Below are positions 1 to 14,574 of a DNA stretch of 64,000 nucleotides, in pieces. Position 1 is the first letter of the stretch; each line of letters starts with the position of its first letter. This stretch comes from Octopus sinensis (taxonomy: Eukaryota). The stretch is taken from the NCBI RefSeq assembly GCF_006345805.1, contig NC_042999.1:71114001-71178000 (forward strand), written 5' to 3'. The position numbers and the translations under genes were made by a program. The notes beneath the pieces are model-generated. The model saw only the letters and a list, made by a program, of their open reading frames with translations. It was not told the DNA's origin and made no database searches.

Positions 1-759
1 ATGTTTATGCCCTTTGATGTCGGATAGATAATAAAATAAATGAATGCCGAATAACAACCAGTCACTTAAGGTAGGAATTGTAGAGAAATGTGATTGTTCA
101 ACACAACTATTAGTATCGTTAGGTTAAATACATAGCAAAAAATTTCAGAGTATACTTTGCAAAGATAAGAACTCGTATGGAGCGTGAGCCGTACTGTTTA
201 GTACTAATTTTTTCAGATTTCATATGTAAGGTTTCCCCGGTATTTTTTCCAGGAAACCACTGATTTTTTTTATATGACCTCCTGATGCTACAGACGCAAC
301 TAGTATTGATTCCTTCTTCAGGTGCTACATCCTTCTCATTTCAATTTCAAGGTTATAGCAAATTTACCATATTCTTTTACAGATAATATTGTTGTATCTT
401 ACATTTTTTTACGACATTTCTGTGGCCAGGCCGACGGGGCTCTTGCTGAGCTGAGTAATTAGGCGAGACTTTATTCCTTTTTGGAGCCAATTTTCCATTT
501 AAATTCTTCAGTTTTTCATTTTTCAATTTTAAAATTTGGAAAAATGTCCTTGGAAAAGAGTGTCAGCTTTTCCTTTCTTTTTGACTTCCCCTCTGCTGTC
601 GGAAGACAGCCAAAAAGTTTAAAAATTAATTTTCTCCGCCCTCTCCGCGCCTTAAAAGGCCGAGAGAGGGACGATAAAAGTCTTGCTAGCACGTGCAATG
701 CTGAGCAACAGAAGGAGAAATAAGAGGAAAGGAGCAAAGAAATTCAGCTAATGGACGTT

Positions 760-2700
760 GCCAAAGTCGTGACACCTGTGAATCCAAGCCCTTCCACTAC
801 CACTCAATTCTGTATCTGTCTTGGTGTTTACATATCTTGCAAACTGACCGTACATTTGCTTTTCCTTCCATGCTTTTTCTATTTGATTTGTTAATTTCTT
901 GTTTAAATTTTTATTTAGTTACACAATTTTCAGTTTTGATGACGCCGGCCTTCTTTGTGTGTTACAACAGTGGCTCCACGGAAATTTTTAGATACCTCCC
1001 TAAGCTGTTTTCCTCTGCTTTGATACAGTCCTGGCAACCGATCAAAACTTTTCCACCTTTTCTTCTGAACAAGTACGATCTATCGGTGTCACTCTTAGGA
1101 TGGAACGTTTCGTGTACGGTCGACATTTTCCAGGATTTGGTATCCATTTTCTTCATCTCTTTCTTTTGCTATTTTATAATTCCCGCTCCGTACCGAAGTG
1201 ATGCTATCGTCCATGTATTAATCACTTGGATTTTATTACATCCAGTGAATTTTGAGCGTAACACGAGCCTGAGTTTTCGAAATACTCCATCCTTAGTTAC
1301 TCTTTCATTTCCTCATCAATTATCTCGTTGAACTCTAGTACACCAAGGTGTTTGTATCCTTCCGTTTCAATTTGTTTAATCCAGTCTCTATTCAGTAATT
1401 CTATCCATGATAGGGATTTACCGTGCCTCTTTTTAGGTAGATTATTCCGCACTTCTTGAGTCCAAATTTCATTCTAATATCAGTACTAAAACAGTGGTAC
1501 GTGTTCACCAAGGAACTGACTTGCGTCTTATCTTTGTCATACAGTTTCAAATCATCCATGAAGTGGAGGTGGCTGGTTGTTTGAGATTTTCCCCAGGTTC
1601 ATTTTCCTAAATACCAAGGTCAGGGGTATCATACAGAGAACAAAAAGCAACGGTGTTAGGCTATTACCCAGGAAAATCCTTTTTCTGATACCCAGGTGCC
1701 CAAGCTTTTTCCGAAAGATGTCAGTTCAGTTTTCAATCCCACCATACTTCTCTTCCGAAACACGTTACATTCCGCGCTATTCCAAACAAATCTAAGCACT
1801 CGATGATCCACGAATGTGGGATCGTATCATAAGCTTTGCAATAGTCAATCTACGCCATTCTTAGATTTGTTCCTTTTCGTTTACAAACTTGCATTACCAC
1901 TTTGTCTATCAATAGTTGATCTTGCTGGTAATAGGAAGGTGTTTGCTTCAGGCTGCATAGACATTCAGCTGTAGTAGTATGTTATTCTTACTCAATATCT
2001 TACCCCAGAAAAGTCGACTTTCATCGGCATCAGGGACTAATCTTTCACGTATTTTTATCGTCATTAATCTCTTGCTAAAATCTTTTTTGGTCGGTTCTAA
2101 ACAATTTGTTTTGCTGGTATTGTTTAATCGGTTGCTCAAACCTAGTTAGCATTGCTTCTTTTTTGCTAGTATGCACTGCTTCAGTTCTTTAATTACAACA
2201 TTCAGGCCTTTTGTATCTACACCATAATTCTTAACTTTTTTGAATTTCCATTCATTCTTAAGTTCTCCATTTCGTCCTGATTATTATTGACACTACACTG
2301 TTCAAGGAGTTTATATCTTCAGAAATTCACCATTTCCACCACGGTTGTTTATTTCCTCTACTATCCGTCGCTGGTCTATTCTTAGTAGTTCTCAATCCAA
2401 TCCTTTTCGCCACAATCTTACTACCAGCCTGGAGAAGAGTGTTCGTGTGATGTTCTCTGTTTCAATGTGTCACAGTACATTATTGTCTTCATTCGTCTCT
2501 TGATTTAATCTCCATTGGTTAGCCTTCTTAAAGTCGCACATAAATTCTGTCCCCTCTGTACATAATAGATCCAAAATTCTGTCTATTACTAACCGATCTT
2601 CATTGTTCGCAATCCACTGATCTCAATTCTTTCACAATTCACGATATTGTACTCTGGCGAACAATTGTCCATCTCTTCCACTATACCACTTTCGTTTGTC
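760..2700 (-). mobile_element. Decayed R4/Dong-type non-LTR retrotransposon (N-terminal region + RT + post-RT), frameshifted, both ends missing
   Basis: Minus-strand translation gives IDYCKAYDTIPHSWIIECL (about 1800-1850), RIFLGNSLTPLLFVLCMIPL (about 1621-1680; canonical GIFQGDSLSPLLF), HFMDDLKL (about 1542-1566), FHPKSDTDRSYLFRRKGGKVLIGCQDCI (962-1156 ORF), WKEKQMYGQF (about 810-835) and PDADESRLFWGKI (1948-2139 ORF). These are typical of R4/Dong RT-RLE elements. Confidence 0.9.
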
Positions 2701-2722
2701 GCATGTCTCAGCATCATCCATT

Positions 2723-2724
2723 AA

Positions 2725-2814
<90 letters not shown>

Positions 2815-2857
2815 TATTATTATTATTGTTGTTGTTGTTGTTGTTCTTGTTCTTCTT

Positions 2858-2888
<31 letters not shown>

Positions 2889-2920
2889 TTATTATTATTA
2901 TTACTATTATTATTATTATC
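2723..2920. repeat. Compound trinucleotide microsatellite (ATT)n-(GTT)n-(CTT)n-(ATT)n
   Basis: Directly visible. Confidence 0.98.
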
Positions 2921-3100
2921 ATTCGAAATTTGGTAGTTTCAGGCAAATTTCTACTGCATCATCTGCAACACTATCGTGTTGCTGGGGTGTTTTGTTGTTA
3001 GGGGAATGCACACTCTTTCCGGTATTGTATTACATCAGTTTGTTTTGTTATGGGGTCTGATTGATATCTCTTGTTGCATTAGTATCTTTATTGTGTGTTG

Positions 3101-3231
<131 letters not shown>

Positions 3232-3494
3232 TAATAATATTAGGGAGTAAATCCAAACTTACAGGGAAAAATTAGATTTAGGATTAAATCTAATTTTATA
3301 GTATAAATATATATTATATTAATTAGAGATAAAACCACTATTAGGCAAATCAAACAGTGAAAATCATAAGCCAATACATAGAAATAAAATTAATTAAAAA
3401 ATATATAAAAAATATAAAATATAAAATATAAAAATCCAATTAAAATATTTAAATTAAAGTTAAAATTTCTGTTTTCATGTATATATATATATTT

Positions 3495-3700
3495 ATACAC
3501 ATGAAAACAGAAAGAGAAAGCATAACAACGCCTGGACGTGGAACAAGTATAGTATTCTTGGACGCTCAGGAAAGAAGGAAAGAAGGAGCTCTTCGTCAGA
3601 AACATAGGAAAAGGAAAGATCCAAAGAAGGGAAGATGGAGGAAAAAATCGCCAACGGTACACACGCGGTCACATTTTGAAAATACTATTTTCTTCCTTGA
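3495..3700 (-). mobile_element. Non-coding interspersed repeat, probable Penelope-like pLTR fragment (siblings at 36180-36360 and 8080-8135)
   Basis: The reverse complement aligns by eye with 36180-36360. It carries the 5' half of a hammerhead core, tttCTGACGAAGAG (core at 3593-3599, minus). Confidence 0.6.
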
Positions 3701-4029
3701 ATAACTGCACCTTCTATTTTTTTATGTTTTTGTACTGCTTAAAGGCACGTTTCTTTCCTGCCAAGCTTACTGTCTAAACCAGTCAACAGCCCTATCATTA
3801 CTGTTACTTTAAAATCTTTGGTTGCATATTTGTGTGAACAAAATCGTTTTTCTTTGGAATAGAAAAAAAGGTTAACTTTATTTCTTCTTTTGCTGGTGTC
3901 TCAAATTTAGGTTAAATCAGTATTTCTCAAAGGGGAGGCCTATGGGACGGTCGGACAAGTTGTTTTGAGAAAATGTGGTTTAAATGTTTGACAACTCAGC
4001 ACCGCCCATTGGACGGGGTGCGTTTTGCT

Positions 4030-4062
<33 letters not shown>

Positions 4063-4255
4063 CTCGTCCTAATTATGGAACTGTTGTATTCGATTGGAAT
4101 ATCTGCAAAGTATATAAAATATATTTTAAATAGTGCATACATTACCTGTTGTAAAACTCAATACGGTGGGTAGAGTGGATAGAGATCTTCATTATATCGA
4201 AAGTTCACAGTCAAATCTTAGTTTCGGCCTAGGCTTAGATGCTCATCACTTTATG

Positions 4256-4325
<70 letters not shown>

Positions 4326-4487
4326 TAAGAAGGTTTGGAGATGATGTACAGGTATTATATATTAGAAGAAATGAGGTACTCAGAAATCTGGATGGTTTTA
4401 TATTTACAGATATTTATTAGTATGTTACATGTTTTTATAACTCATGTCATATATAGCTTCCATTCTAGTGGAGTCTTCGTGTGCGTG

Positions 4488-4546
<59 letters not shown>

Positions 4547-4585
4547 ATATATATATATATTATATATATATATATATGAAAATAA

Positions 4586-4774
4586 CTGTATTACCCGTTT
4601 CTAGGTTTTCCATTTTTCAGATGATCTTCCTAGAGGTAAGACAAATTTTTTTCATGTTTGTTGCACACACGCGTCTTTGCTAGTATATACGCAGTGAAGC
4701 TATGCAATAGCGTCGTATTTATTACGATTGCTATTTTCCAGTAAATATCGCTGCCTCGTTGTAACATTTATTTA

Positions 4775-4778
<4 letters not shown>
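4586..4778 (+). repeat. About 190-bp interspersed repeat flanked by (TA)n, copy 1 (copy 2 at 30776-30969)
   Basis: Near-identical direct copy 26 kb downstream (gtttctaggtttt...tttcagatg(a/t)tcttcctagaggtaagacaaat...catttatttactta). Confidence 0.9.
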
Positions 4779-4870
<92 letters not shown>

Positions 4871-5756
4871 TTATACACTCACACACACACACACATGTGT
4901 ATATTGATATATATTTATGTTTATATATTCATGCGATAAAGACAAACTCAAGTGTTGATATTTTAAAGGCGTTTCATACACGTGTTTCAAGCAATTATGT
5001 AAGTAATTTTTTTACGCGTAAATTACATTCATTAAAAAAAATTAACGTTTGGCTTTGCCTTTATTCCTGTATGACTCTAGACTTTTACAATCTTGCTTCG
5101 TTTATAAGGTTAATGTCAGAAAGAATTAAAAATGGAATGTTCAACAGTACCCACGTTTTACTACACTCATGTATCCCATGTATATGCATAAATGTGTGTG
5201 TGTGGTTGTTTGTTTGTGTGTGCGTGCGTGTGTGTGCGCGCGTGTGTATGTGTGAGTGTGTCTGTTTGTGTGTGCGTGTGTTTGCCTACCTGTGTCTATC
5301 TATCGCTCAATTTATCTATATATGTACATATGTTTTAGCCAATTTTAACTCTATGCAATCCCATTCTGGCTATAAATATTGGAATAACATAATACTATCT
5401 CTGGGGTTTAACGACCAGTTAAGCAACGGAGCTCTTAAATCTAGTGGATATATATTTTATATTGCTTAAGTATTAATTAAATACACACACACACACACAC
5501 ACAACACACACACACACACACACCACACACATATATATATATATGCGTACATATATACATAATATATATATATTATGTATATTGATAGAAATGGTAAGAC
5601 AACAAAATAATGAAAGAGACCTCGATATTATGAAAATAGAAGAATTTATATGTAAATATAATATGTGACAATATATCAGAGATATATTATGTATATATGC
5701 GTGTATGCATGAATGTATGTATGTATATATACATATTATATACACACACACACACA

Positions 5757-5787
<31 letters not shown>

Positions 5788-5824
5788 CAAACGCACACAT
5801 ATATATGTATATATACAGAATATG

Positions 5825-6110
5825 AGGGATCACCGGTGATCTAAACGAATTGGTACGGTGGGTAAGTGTTGTAACGGATTACCAGGGTTCCAAGCTCGTA
5901 ACTGAGACGGGAGCTATGGATCCATTATAGGTTTCTGATTTAGCAGATATGTATTTGTGAAAGAGGACAACAGACGTCTAGATATTTTATATGAATATTT
6001 CCATGTCTAGATCTTTCATATGTTCTGTACTTGTCTCTGATACGGAATATCCCATATTCAGGCATACTCGCCTATCACTTGGGATATCCCAGAAAAAGCT
6101 GTATGACCTC
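5825..6110. mobile_element. Penelope-like pLTR-derived repeat with internal inversion (sibling at 61585-62160)
   Basis: 5830-5930 matches 61590-61690 in the same orientation. 6020-6107 matches the reverse complement of 61799-61900. Confidence 0.7.
6033..6107 (+). ncRNA. Damaged type I hammerhead ribozyme motif
   Basis: gtct-CTGATA(lesion)-cgga atatccca...tgggatat ccca-GAAA-aagctg-TA-tgac. Homologous to the core-intact copy at 61799-61874. Confidence 0.6.
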
Positions 6111-6188
6111 AACTAATTTATGGATAATATAAAATGATGTATATGACTTGAGGTGTTTGTTATGCCTCGGTGTTGTTTGTTCTCTTTC

Positions 6189-6224
<36 letters not shown>

Positions 6225-7951
6225 CAATTCTAGGTATAAATGCCTCGTAAAGGAAATGTCAACATCGAAATTCTCTGGTTTTATTCTGTCTACCAGTGAA
6301 ATACTAAATGATGTTAGCTTCACATTGATGGATATGTGTCTATTACCAATTATGTATATGAAAAAGAAGAAAATGGAGAATTTGACGTATACGCATCAAT
6401 TTATTGAAACGAATGCAATATCGAACTCACAGAACCTATAATTGTTTCCATGCGCAATCAATTAATTCAAATTAGAAAAATTAGAAAAATTAAAGATTCA
6501 TATTGAATTATAGTTAATTGAACATTTCTTCAAGGTCAGAACTTGATAGAAAAAGGAACTACAACCCAATGCGTTGATATATCATTGGTAGACTCGGCAT
6601 TAAATTTAGATTTGTGCGCTTGTGCATTCTAATGTATTAAAAAAAAAACAGTTACTTGTGTAAATTAGTTTTAATTTATTTGTGAGCGCGCGCGTGTGTG
6701 AATTAATGTGTGGAAAAACAAAGAAGCCGTTAGGTAGCCTAAACGATATTCTGATGTAGCTAATTGTAATTAATAGCATTTATTCCTAATTTTAATTATT
6801 ACTTGTGAGTGTATGAAATGTCAGCAAAGTTTTTAAATCACTTAAAAATTTATATTGTACATCGCCTAGTTATAACCTCGACTACTAATTAAATACTATT
6901 TTTTTACTTTTATAATTTAAAACATAAATCATAGTTACTTTAAATATATACCACACAACCATGACGAAATTCGGTCTGTTTACATAACACGGTAGCTGTA
7001 TATTACGTCAACAAGACTTGTGTACAATATATTTTATATCTTATTTTTAAAAATTATAATAACCACTAAGAATTATTTTCTGAGCTTCTTGGTTATAATT
7101 GCTAGCATTAACAATTAAATACTAATTCAACAATTCAACAATTAAATACTAATTCAATATAACTTAAATCGTAAAAAATATGTATTGTTTACTGCATGCT
7201 ACGCGACGATGACGAATTCAAACTGCTTACTATTCGCCATAGCTGTATATTACGTCATCAAGATTCGTGCACAATATATCTTTTTTATTATAATAATGAG
7301 AAAAATATTCGTACGATTACGATTGAGGAATACATTAACATTAAATATAAAAAATTATAAAAGTAGTATTCTTTACTTTAATATTACTTTTTATTTGTAA
7401 TTATAATTTTCTAAGATAGGTATTTATATATTTTTTGATAGTCAATTTATAAGATAGTTAATTTATAGTTTTAGTAACTATTTTATTTTATTTTATTTTA
7501 ATGGTAATTCTTAAATGCATATTTATAGGCGTGAACACAGGATACCACCCTCTTTTTGGGTGTTAAGAAGTTTATATCTAGAAGTCAAAATTTGAAATAA
7601 TTCTTCAACACAAGGATCACAATTATCTCCAATTCTATAGCCATTGGCATGGCTTATTATTTCCCATTTTATGGTATACTTTTTATTCTTGTCCTTCAAA
7701 TACCAATTTTCAATTAACTATAATTCATCATGGGTCTTTAATTTAATTCTTCTAATTTTTCTAATTTGAATTAATTGATTGGACAAGGAAACAATTGTAG
7801 GTTCTATAAGTTCGATATTGTTCGCGATTGAATTTGTTTTCCATAAACTTATGTGTATATGTCAATTTCTCCATTTTCTTCTTTTATTTATATACATACG
7901 TACATACATACATACACACATACATACATACACACATACATACATACAGAC

Positions 7952-8035
<84 letters not shown>

Positions 8036-8158
8036 CTCTCTCTCTCTCTCTACATATATATATATATATAGTTAATCCAAACATGAACAAAGAGAAAACA
8101 CAACAACGCGAGGACGTAGAACAAGTATAGTGTATACACACACACACACACACACATA

Positions 8159-8283
<125 letters not shown>

Positions 8284-10169
8284 GTATATGTAGTCAAATC
8301 GAATGATCGAACATTAAAAATAACTATAGCAAAACAACAAGAGGATGAGCACATAGAATGTATTAATTTATCGCTCGTTAAAGGTCGAAAAAAGAGAGGG
8401 TTTTTAATGTTTCAAGTATAGCTCTACGTCAGAAAGGAAAACGGAAAAGTCCAGAGAAGAAATAATATCAACAGCATCTGCATGGTCATGCATATATATA
8501 TCAGTACACACACAGACACACGCACACACACACACACACACACATACATATACACAAGCACGCACGAAGGCACGCACACATGCGCATAAACACGCATGCA
8601 GGCAACCCCGTCCACAATATATGTAGACGTACTGAAGCACACAATGCTGGCACCTTGGGTGGCTTTAGCAGAGTTTACTCTAATTGAGGTCTCCAGCATA
8701 AGGAAAACTACTTTCCTCTCTCCCACTACTTGGGTGGACCCGTTAAAGGTTATTGGTACTAGCTATTTTCCTATTAAAAGATACTTTAAATCTTTTAGGC
8801 AATTCAAGCGATTAGAGTCCTCCTCTATAAATTTCAAGCCACACGACTATCCCATAAATATTTATTTTGTTATTATTGTTGGTGATGCCTCCGAAAGACA
8901 TTTCTCGACGTACAGCCGATTAATTTGTTATACTATTTATTTTCTAACGTACACCAGATTTCTTGTACTCATTGTATTGCATTTTGCACCAAAGTATAGA
9001 AGGAGAGTTTAATTTCTGTAAATCCTTCCTATTAAGTGGAATCAATTCTGTATCTGTTTTTGCTTTTAAACAGAAGGAATTGGTGACGTGAGAGATTATT
9101 CCCCCAAACAGCGGTAGCGATAGCCATATATACAAATGTTTTCTGCTATGGTTAACAATTGCATAAATAGCAGCAATAATTCCAATGTTAACTGCAACAC
9201 TGACAACACTTACGCGAATTATAATGACAAAAAATGACAATTACAAAATCGATAATAGTAATCCTGTAAGACATCTGTGATAATAACTGTAATAACAACA
9301 GAATCAACAACTACAACAACAACAACAACAACAACAACGGCGATGACAGCTACAACAAAGACAATGATAGTAGCGGCAGTTTTGATACCGGCCATAAAAA
9401 TCAACATTATCATGACTGTAATAAAAAGTGTTGATCATGGAGACACAAATGCGTCTGCACGGACAGTACCTGTACGCATATATTTGGAGCTCAGACGGAT
9501 GTATAAAACTGAGGAAGAACCATGTATTTGTAGGAAATACTATAAGAGCATTGCATTTTCATAAAATAAGGTCTGAAAACTACTCTTAAAGAGATTTAGA
9601 GGACATTAAAATAAAACACTCCGCAAATAAAACACAAGAGGATATTCTTTTATATTAGTTAATGATACTTTTCATTTGGGAGAATGGATAAAGAAAGGAA
9701 AATTCCGTTGCAAAACACATGGCAGAAAAGTTCAGACATGTGCCTCTTTCGAGAAATAAAATATTTGTGAAAGTTAGGTTAATGGATGTAGCCACAAAGA
9801 CGTACTCTTACTAAATTGCTCTCTTCATGAAATATTTCAGGGAGTTATTCGCTGTCAGTATAATAATATTCAATAGTAAATGATATGGCAAATAATAGTT
9901 GTGACTCGAGCAAAGCTTGTATTTTCAGATGAGGGTTCTGGAAAAAGTATACAAGCCCAGAGACATTCTCCGTAAAAAAAAAAAGCTTCTGGGGCGAAGA
10001 AGTTATTTGTGAATGATAGTAATCCCGTTTCATTTGTGGAACCGCAGGTTATTATTTAAAGGATCTTTGTCGGTCAAAGCGAAGATCACTGGTAGCAACA
10101 GAAAATAAACAACAACAACCCAAGTCTATTGACTCACAAGAGTACTGTTTTGAGTCCTAGGACACATAG

Positions 10170-10340
10170 GGACGGCTACCTGGTTTGCAAGATATATAAG
10201 TGACCTCGCCCACAACATTCGCCCTGAACGGGACATCAATCCATCGCCAGGCTACTCATTTACAGCTAAGTGTACTGGAGAAACATGAAATGAAGTGCTT
10301 TGCTCAAGAACACAGCTCACCGCTCAGTCTGGGAATCAAT
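10170..10340 (-). mobile_element. Old copy of tRNA-derived SINE family B
   Basis: The reverse complement gtgttcttgagcaaagcacttcatttcatgtttctccagtacacttagctgtaaatgagtag matches the body of the 36984 and 61133 SINEs. Confidence 0.65.
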
Positions 10341-11524
10341 TACATTTATACGCCAGGATAAATTGTTACATGTAATATAGTATATCTCGTCGGATGACTT
10401 GCTCGGAGCAATGTAACTTTTCCATGCTAGACATCCAGATCGAGCGTAAGGACATGGTTGTCTGACTTGGAGTTTAGTTGCCATTGATTCAATGAATTCA
10501 TCTGTTGAAATAGTTCACATCCACCATGCTGCATACTATGATTTCAACTTACCCTAGATTGGGTGAGTACATGCTATTTAATCCATAAATGTGACTGTGC
10601 TATTACTCCGAGTCAGAGTTGATCATATATAATATACTGTACTATATTATATGCAATATCTTTGTGGACTCAGATATATTATATATAAAGACATAAACGC
10701 ACTATTAATTTATTCATTGAGCTAAATGCCAAAATACATTATGTATGCAAATTGGTCTATCCAGTTTACTTAAGCACTTTCTAACAGTGGCTTTATAAGC
10801 AACATCTTCACTGCTTATAAACCGACTAAAGAAGATATACAGTTTCTGATGCCACCTCAACTCAGGATGACACTAATGAAAGGAGCCATCCAATTTCTGT
10901 TCACGAAGATTTGGATATAATCACAAGATCTCTACAGGTTTCTCTACATACAGTATTAGCAGAAGGTCTATAGAAAAAATTCTGACGTACAGCATATAAA
11001 TAAAGCTGTGTAACTTATTAATCTAACAAGCCGACAAGAATGTTGCACACACACACGCACACGTACACGCACGCGCACACACACACACACACACACATAT
11101 ATATAAAATTAAACGAAGCTTAGCAGCTGAAACCTGAAAGTCACTTTCACCCCTCTTATAAGAGCTTGATAAATATGTACTCTGCAATACAGAACTGAGT
11201 CATTCTCCAGTTTAATATTAAAATGTTTTTATATAGCTTGACAGAAAAACAAACATAAGTATGTATGTATATATATTTATCCTTTTATGCATGTATATAT
11301 AACGGACTAAAAATAGTAATAATAATCCATGGATGGAATTTATAAATATCTTAATGCATCGCTACGCGCTTTTCCACAAATCCCATATTTCTTAAGATCA
11401 TAATCCGTATTCCTGGAATGATTACAATGCAGTCAATTTTATTAGGATATAGCCGACATAGTAAAATAGGGGCTTTTATATGCATATTCAAAATCTTTCC
11501 CGTAACCACACACACACACACACA

Positions 11525-11602
<78 letters not shown>

Positions 11603-12448
11603 GCATACAGCCATACATAAATAAATATAATTTACTTAGCACTTAGTAATTGCGTGTTTATGGTTATCAGGAATATCTTTGCCGCTGATAAAATACCAAC
11701 ACAGTTTCACAAGTTTTCAACTGCTCCAACTGGTCTCTAATTTTCTGTCCACGAAGGTGTTTACATCTGTCTGCTACTCACAGAATTGGTTATAATTTAT
11801 CTTTATACATAAAATATTAATAGAGCAAGACGCTACTAATATAGCAGTAACCCACGATAAGGATTCTTTTCTTTGAAGATGTGATTCTGTAACTATTCTG
11901 ATTTCATACAGTTTAAAACAAGATCGGCAAGGATAAGACCAAGGGCTTGGTAAGTACTCGCGATATCTCACTCTTCTTAGTGTTCATGGGTGCGTATTCA
12001 AATGTTCATTTAAATGTTGTGATCAAAGACACTCTGACCGTGACCATCTTCTTTCTTTAGAGATAAGTATGACTATATCGTAATATGTGTTCCTTTGTTA
12101 TTTAAGACGGTAATGTGTGATTTGAGAGAGATTTGGTTGCAGGTCGGGCAACCGTAGATGTTCTATCCCACTAGGGTTTCCAACCTGTAGAAAATGATTT
12201 CCAGCAACCTTTGACGTTATATCCTCTAACATTTTTGTTTAAAAAAAAACCTAATAGCGTTCAGTTCATCACTTTACATACCCATCATATTCTGTTAAAA
12301 TGTCTTATTGACGAGTTTTCTTTCTTCATTTCCCTGAAGAGATTATATTTTTTACACGATTTTATTCCTTTGGAATAATACCAATGATATCTTCGAAACA
12401 TGTGTCGGAAGTGAAAGAATTTGAATAACACCTGCGTTTAACTCCGTT

Positions 12449-12522
<74 letters not shown>

Positions 12523-12730
12523 TATATATATATGGGTGGTATTTCGAAGGGCAATGTGGTTAGACCACATTAGATCATTAGATTTAGCATCCGTGGGTCC
12601 CGAAAGGAAATTCTATCAAACAACGAGTCAGAGAATGCGCTAGGAAAGACATTACTGAAAATGGGCTAGAAGATTGAAAAACGTTTGGAGGCCCACATAT
12701 ATTTATAGAAAGCGTGCTTGAGAGAAAGAG

Positions 12731-12802
<72 letters not shown>

Positions 12803-13234
12803 TGTGTGTGTGTGTGAGAGAGGAATCCTTGCATAGGAAAAGAACCCTTTATTAACTGGTTTTTTTTATAGAATACCTAAAAATTAAAAGATATTGAGTA
12901 GTTTTGATTAATTTTCGGGCGAACAAATTGAAAATGGCAGATGTTTTGGTAAGGAATTCTGTCTTCCCTGAAAATAAGAAATAAGTCATAAGGAAAGAAG
13001 GAAGCATGACCGATTTTCAAATCTCTTGCATTGGAAACTAATAGAGAAGACAGGTTTGCATATATGTATGTATGTATGTATGTATGTATTATGTATGTAT
13101 GTATGTATGTATGTTGTATGTATGTATGTATGTATTATGTATGTATGTATGCATGTATGTAGCAATGTATGTACCCATGTGCGTACGTATGTATGTGTGT
13201 GTCTATGCATATAAGTACGAATCTATCTATCTAT

Positions 13235-13269
<35 letters not shown>

Positions 13270-13894
13270 CATATACACGCACATATATGTACATACATGC
13301 GTACATATATGTATATATATATATACACATACATATATACATAGGTACACATACATACAAACACAGACACGCACACACACACACACGCACGTACACGCAC
13401 ACACACACACACATATATATACAAGTATATATATATATGCATATGGTGAAGAATAAGAGATAGAAACAAAAACATGCAAAAGATAGAAGTAACGAAAGAT
13501 AGACAGACAGATAGATAAATACATTGATAGATAGAGAGGAGAAAGGGAGAATGCTCACAGAAGTGTGTAATTAAAACAGATAATAATGATAAAAAATAAT
13601 AATAAAATATAAATAATAAAAATCTGAAAGAAAATAAAAGTAACAATTATACTGCTAAGGATGGAGTTATTTAATTTTTGTCGCTTTTCTTCTGACTATG
13701 CAGCTATGATGAATTGAATGAAGTTGAAAATGACTGAAGACAATTTTAAGGAACAGCGATTGTTTTATGCTGACACGGAACAGTTAGATGTGATTAGTTT
13801 CAACAGATTCATCACTGTCTCACATTCTTTCTCCCACTCTCCTCTTTCTCTTCCTCTGTCTGTCTTTCTGCCTGCCTACCCCTCCCTCCCTCGC

Positions 13895-14007
<113 letters not shown>

Positions 14008-14024
14008 ACACCATACATATATGC

Positions 14025-14410
14025 TTCCTAAAAATTCAGATCCTCCAAAATTCTGCAATGGAGTAAGACATATTGTGAAGTAAATGATGCCACATGTTAT
14101 AGAAGCAACTCTTTTCCTGAGATGTGGAGTAGGCTATAATATATTCATTACTAGAATTTCATTAACACATACTGATTTACCAATACAATTTAAAAGATTA
14201 CAATTTCCAATTATACTAAGTTTTGCAATATTCATCAACAAATCGCAAGGACAGACATTATCAGTAACTGGTTTGGGATTAAAGGGGCCTTGCTTCTCTC
14301 ATGGACAATTGTATGTTGGATGTTCACGTGTTCGAGGTTCAAAAAATCTTTTCAGTTATACTCCACTGGGAAAAACTCATAATGTTGTATATAAAGAAAA
14401 TTTATCATAA
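14025..14410 (+). pseudogene. Helitron Rep/Hel PIF1-family helicase C-terminal fragment
   Basis: PPKFCNGVRHIVK, FKRLQFPIILSFAIFINKSQGQTL, CFSHGQLYVGCSRV and GKTHNVVYKE are conserved Helitron PIF1 motifs. Confidence 0.93.
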
Positions 14411-14574
14411 CTTGCTTTTATTCAAGTATTATTGTTGTTATGTTAGTAATTATTGTTTGTTATGCCAGTAATGTTAGGACCACTAATCACAAGAATTACT
14501 AAGAAAAAAAAAACACGTAAATCAAATTTTGAATGAAATCTCATTATTTTTCATTGAATGAAATCTCATTATCA

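Noticed and set aside
6955-7290. Tandem hammerheads (retrozyme) in the degenerate duplication
   Set aside because: TTGATGA and GAAT..GTC are present on the minus strand, but helices I and II do not pair.
9929-10047. Candidate host exon (ttttcag|ATGAGG...GCAG|gttatt)
   Set aside because: All three frames contain stops and the donor is weak.
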